Shown here: piece after piece, positions 62,711 through 64,000 of the stretch
Position numbering within the stretch: the stretch's first letter is position 1
Layout of the letters: every line of letters begins with the position of its first letter
Assembly (NCBI GenBank): GCA_012026655.1
Contig: JAAILG010001257.1
Coordinates: 1 to 64,000, forward strand
Length of the DNA: 64,000 nucleotides
Direction of reading: 5' to 3'
Source: Hydrolagus affinis
Taxonomy: Eukaryota
Made by a program: the position numbers and the translations under genes
Notes under the pieces: generated by a model
Database searches by the model: none
What the model was told of the DNA's origin: nothing
What the model saw: the letters and a program-made list of their open reading frames with translations, nothing else

Positions 62711-63280
62711 AGCTCACACTTTACTGAGCTCTGCCTTTTTTTTAATTAATTGTACTTACTCTGCTACAGATCTACGGCTGCACACTTTGTGTGGTGTATG
62801 ATAATCTTCCCCAGACACAAACTGCAATACTTATCCATGTTTTTTTTTGGAGGGGTTGTTGTTTGGAGTGACTGAGTGACTAGACTTTGGTCTCTCTCTT
62901 CTGGACAGTTTAGGTTACGGCCTATTTTTGCCCTTGTTTGTTGCTGTATATATAGTCTGGCGTGTCCAAAAGCAGCAACAGATCAGCACAATTAGAAGCA
63001 CACATAGATTACTGTGTGCCATGCGGATGGTATGATATCATCCTCGCCTGACCCTGGCGTAATTATAGGGGAGTTACAGGCGATGCCGTCAAAATAAGCT
63101 TCAGAGAATCTTCCGAAGGAATCAGCCCAACTGGGTGAAGCTTTCCATTTCAAACATTGTTACTGCAAGGGGCACAGTCTCCTTTATAACCAGCTGACTG
63201 ACCTTCCACCCACTGTAACCTTGAACCCCACTAGACTTTTCACAATAGGTGAAATTTCGTTCGCCATCAATTCATTTAAA

Positions 63281-63525
63281 AATAATAATAATAATCCATG
63301 CATTTGATGCGGCGCTTCTAACAAACGTCGAGACGTCTTCAATCACTTCACACTTCAATTGCCGCAAAGTGACTGCAAACTTGCAGGTAAACACAGCAGA
63401 CAATTTGCACGCAATAAGGTTCACTGACAGCCATGAAGCGAATGACCAGTTTGAGCAGAAGGATTGTTGGCCAGGACACCCGAGAGAAACTCCTTTCTCT
63501 TATTAAACGGCGCCGTGGGATCGTT
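63281..63525 (-). mobile_element. Old Deu-type SINE, 3' part
   Basis: (AAT)n tail, AATTTGCACGCA, GGATTGTTGGCCAGGACACC.GAGAGAAACTCC. Confidence 0.7.
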
Positions 63526-64000
63526 CTGTCATTTTATGCCGTTCCAAACATTCTGCCCACTTTGAGCAGAGTCTAGAGGGAGTGAGAACAAGCTGAACAA
63601 AGGAGATGAATCACTCAATTTCCTCTGGCAATAACCTATGTTTTGCCAAATGGACCCCTTACAGCGTTTTAGAAAGGGAACCGGCCTATGATGTAAGTAA
63701 TCTGAGAGGTAAAGATAATAAGAAGAAGAATTCGAATGGATTTAGCACCCCATCATGTCTTCTACTCGTCTCAAAGTGCTTCACAGAACATACAATAAAG
63801 TGAATCGAGTGTATATTTTGTGGGCAAAATCCCATCAAAGATGCAAGCTAAAGGTTAGACCTTGATCTTTAGTGCAGTCACAGCAACAGAGCCAGCTATT
63901 TTTTTTACAACTTTCTCAATGTGTTGAGTTGTGGGGAGCTGGGGGTGAAGAAAGGAAAGGAGGCCATCTGACTCTTGGCTGCCTCCCGTGTATTCATATT

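Noticed and set aside
86-63803. Remaining short ORFs in the six-frame track
   Set aside because: They derive from SINE or L2 copies, microsatellites, alternative frames of real exons, or chance.

Overview
Vertebrate genomic DNA, probably a cartilaginous fish (inferred from the repeat families, not proven). The main feature is a minus-strand mastermind-family gene. Four coding exons (38710-40134, 12090-12251, 9709-9817, 7568-8622) have canonical GT-AG sites and phases 0,0,0,1. They splice into 916 codons plus a stop. The large exon carries MAMLD1-diagnostic motifs, while the exon layout and acidic C-terminus resemble MAML2. No first coding exon with the Notch/CSL-binding basic helix is recognisable, so it lies beyond 64000, in the gap, or is absent. 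The left end (1-340) is a CpG island with a minus-strand GTAAGT donor, an E-box and a 24-bp tandem array. It is probably the promoter and non-coding first exon of the next gene (MTM1 by human synteny). The rest is intron and UTR containing a young tRNA-headed SINE, older Deu-type SINEs, L2 3' ends, decayed RT fragments, microsatellites and a 100-N gap. I found no clearly new biological system. The best leads are the MAML2-like architecture with a degenerate PPxY, a perfect 24-bp-arm hairpin abutting an AG|GTAAGT motif, candidate short alternative first exons and reciprocal retroposon nesting. Protein and repeat comparisons are from memory; no searches were run.
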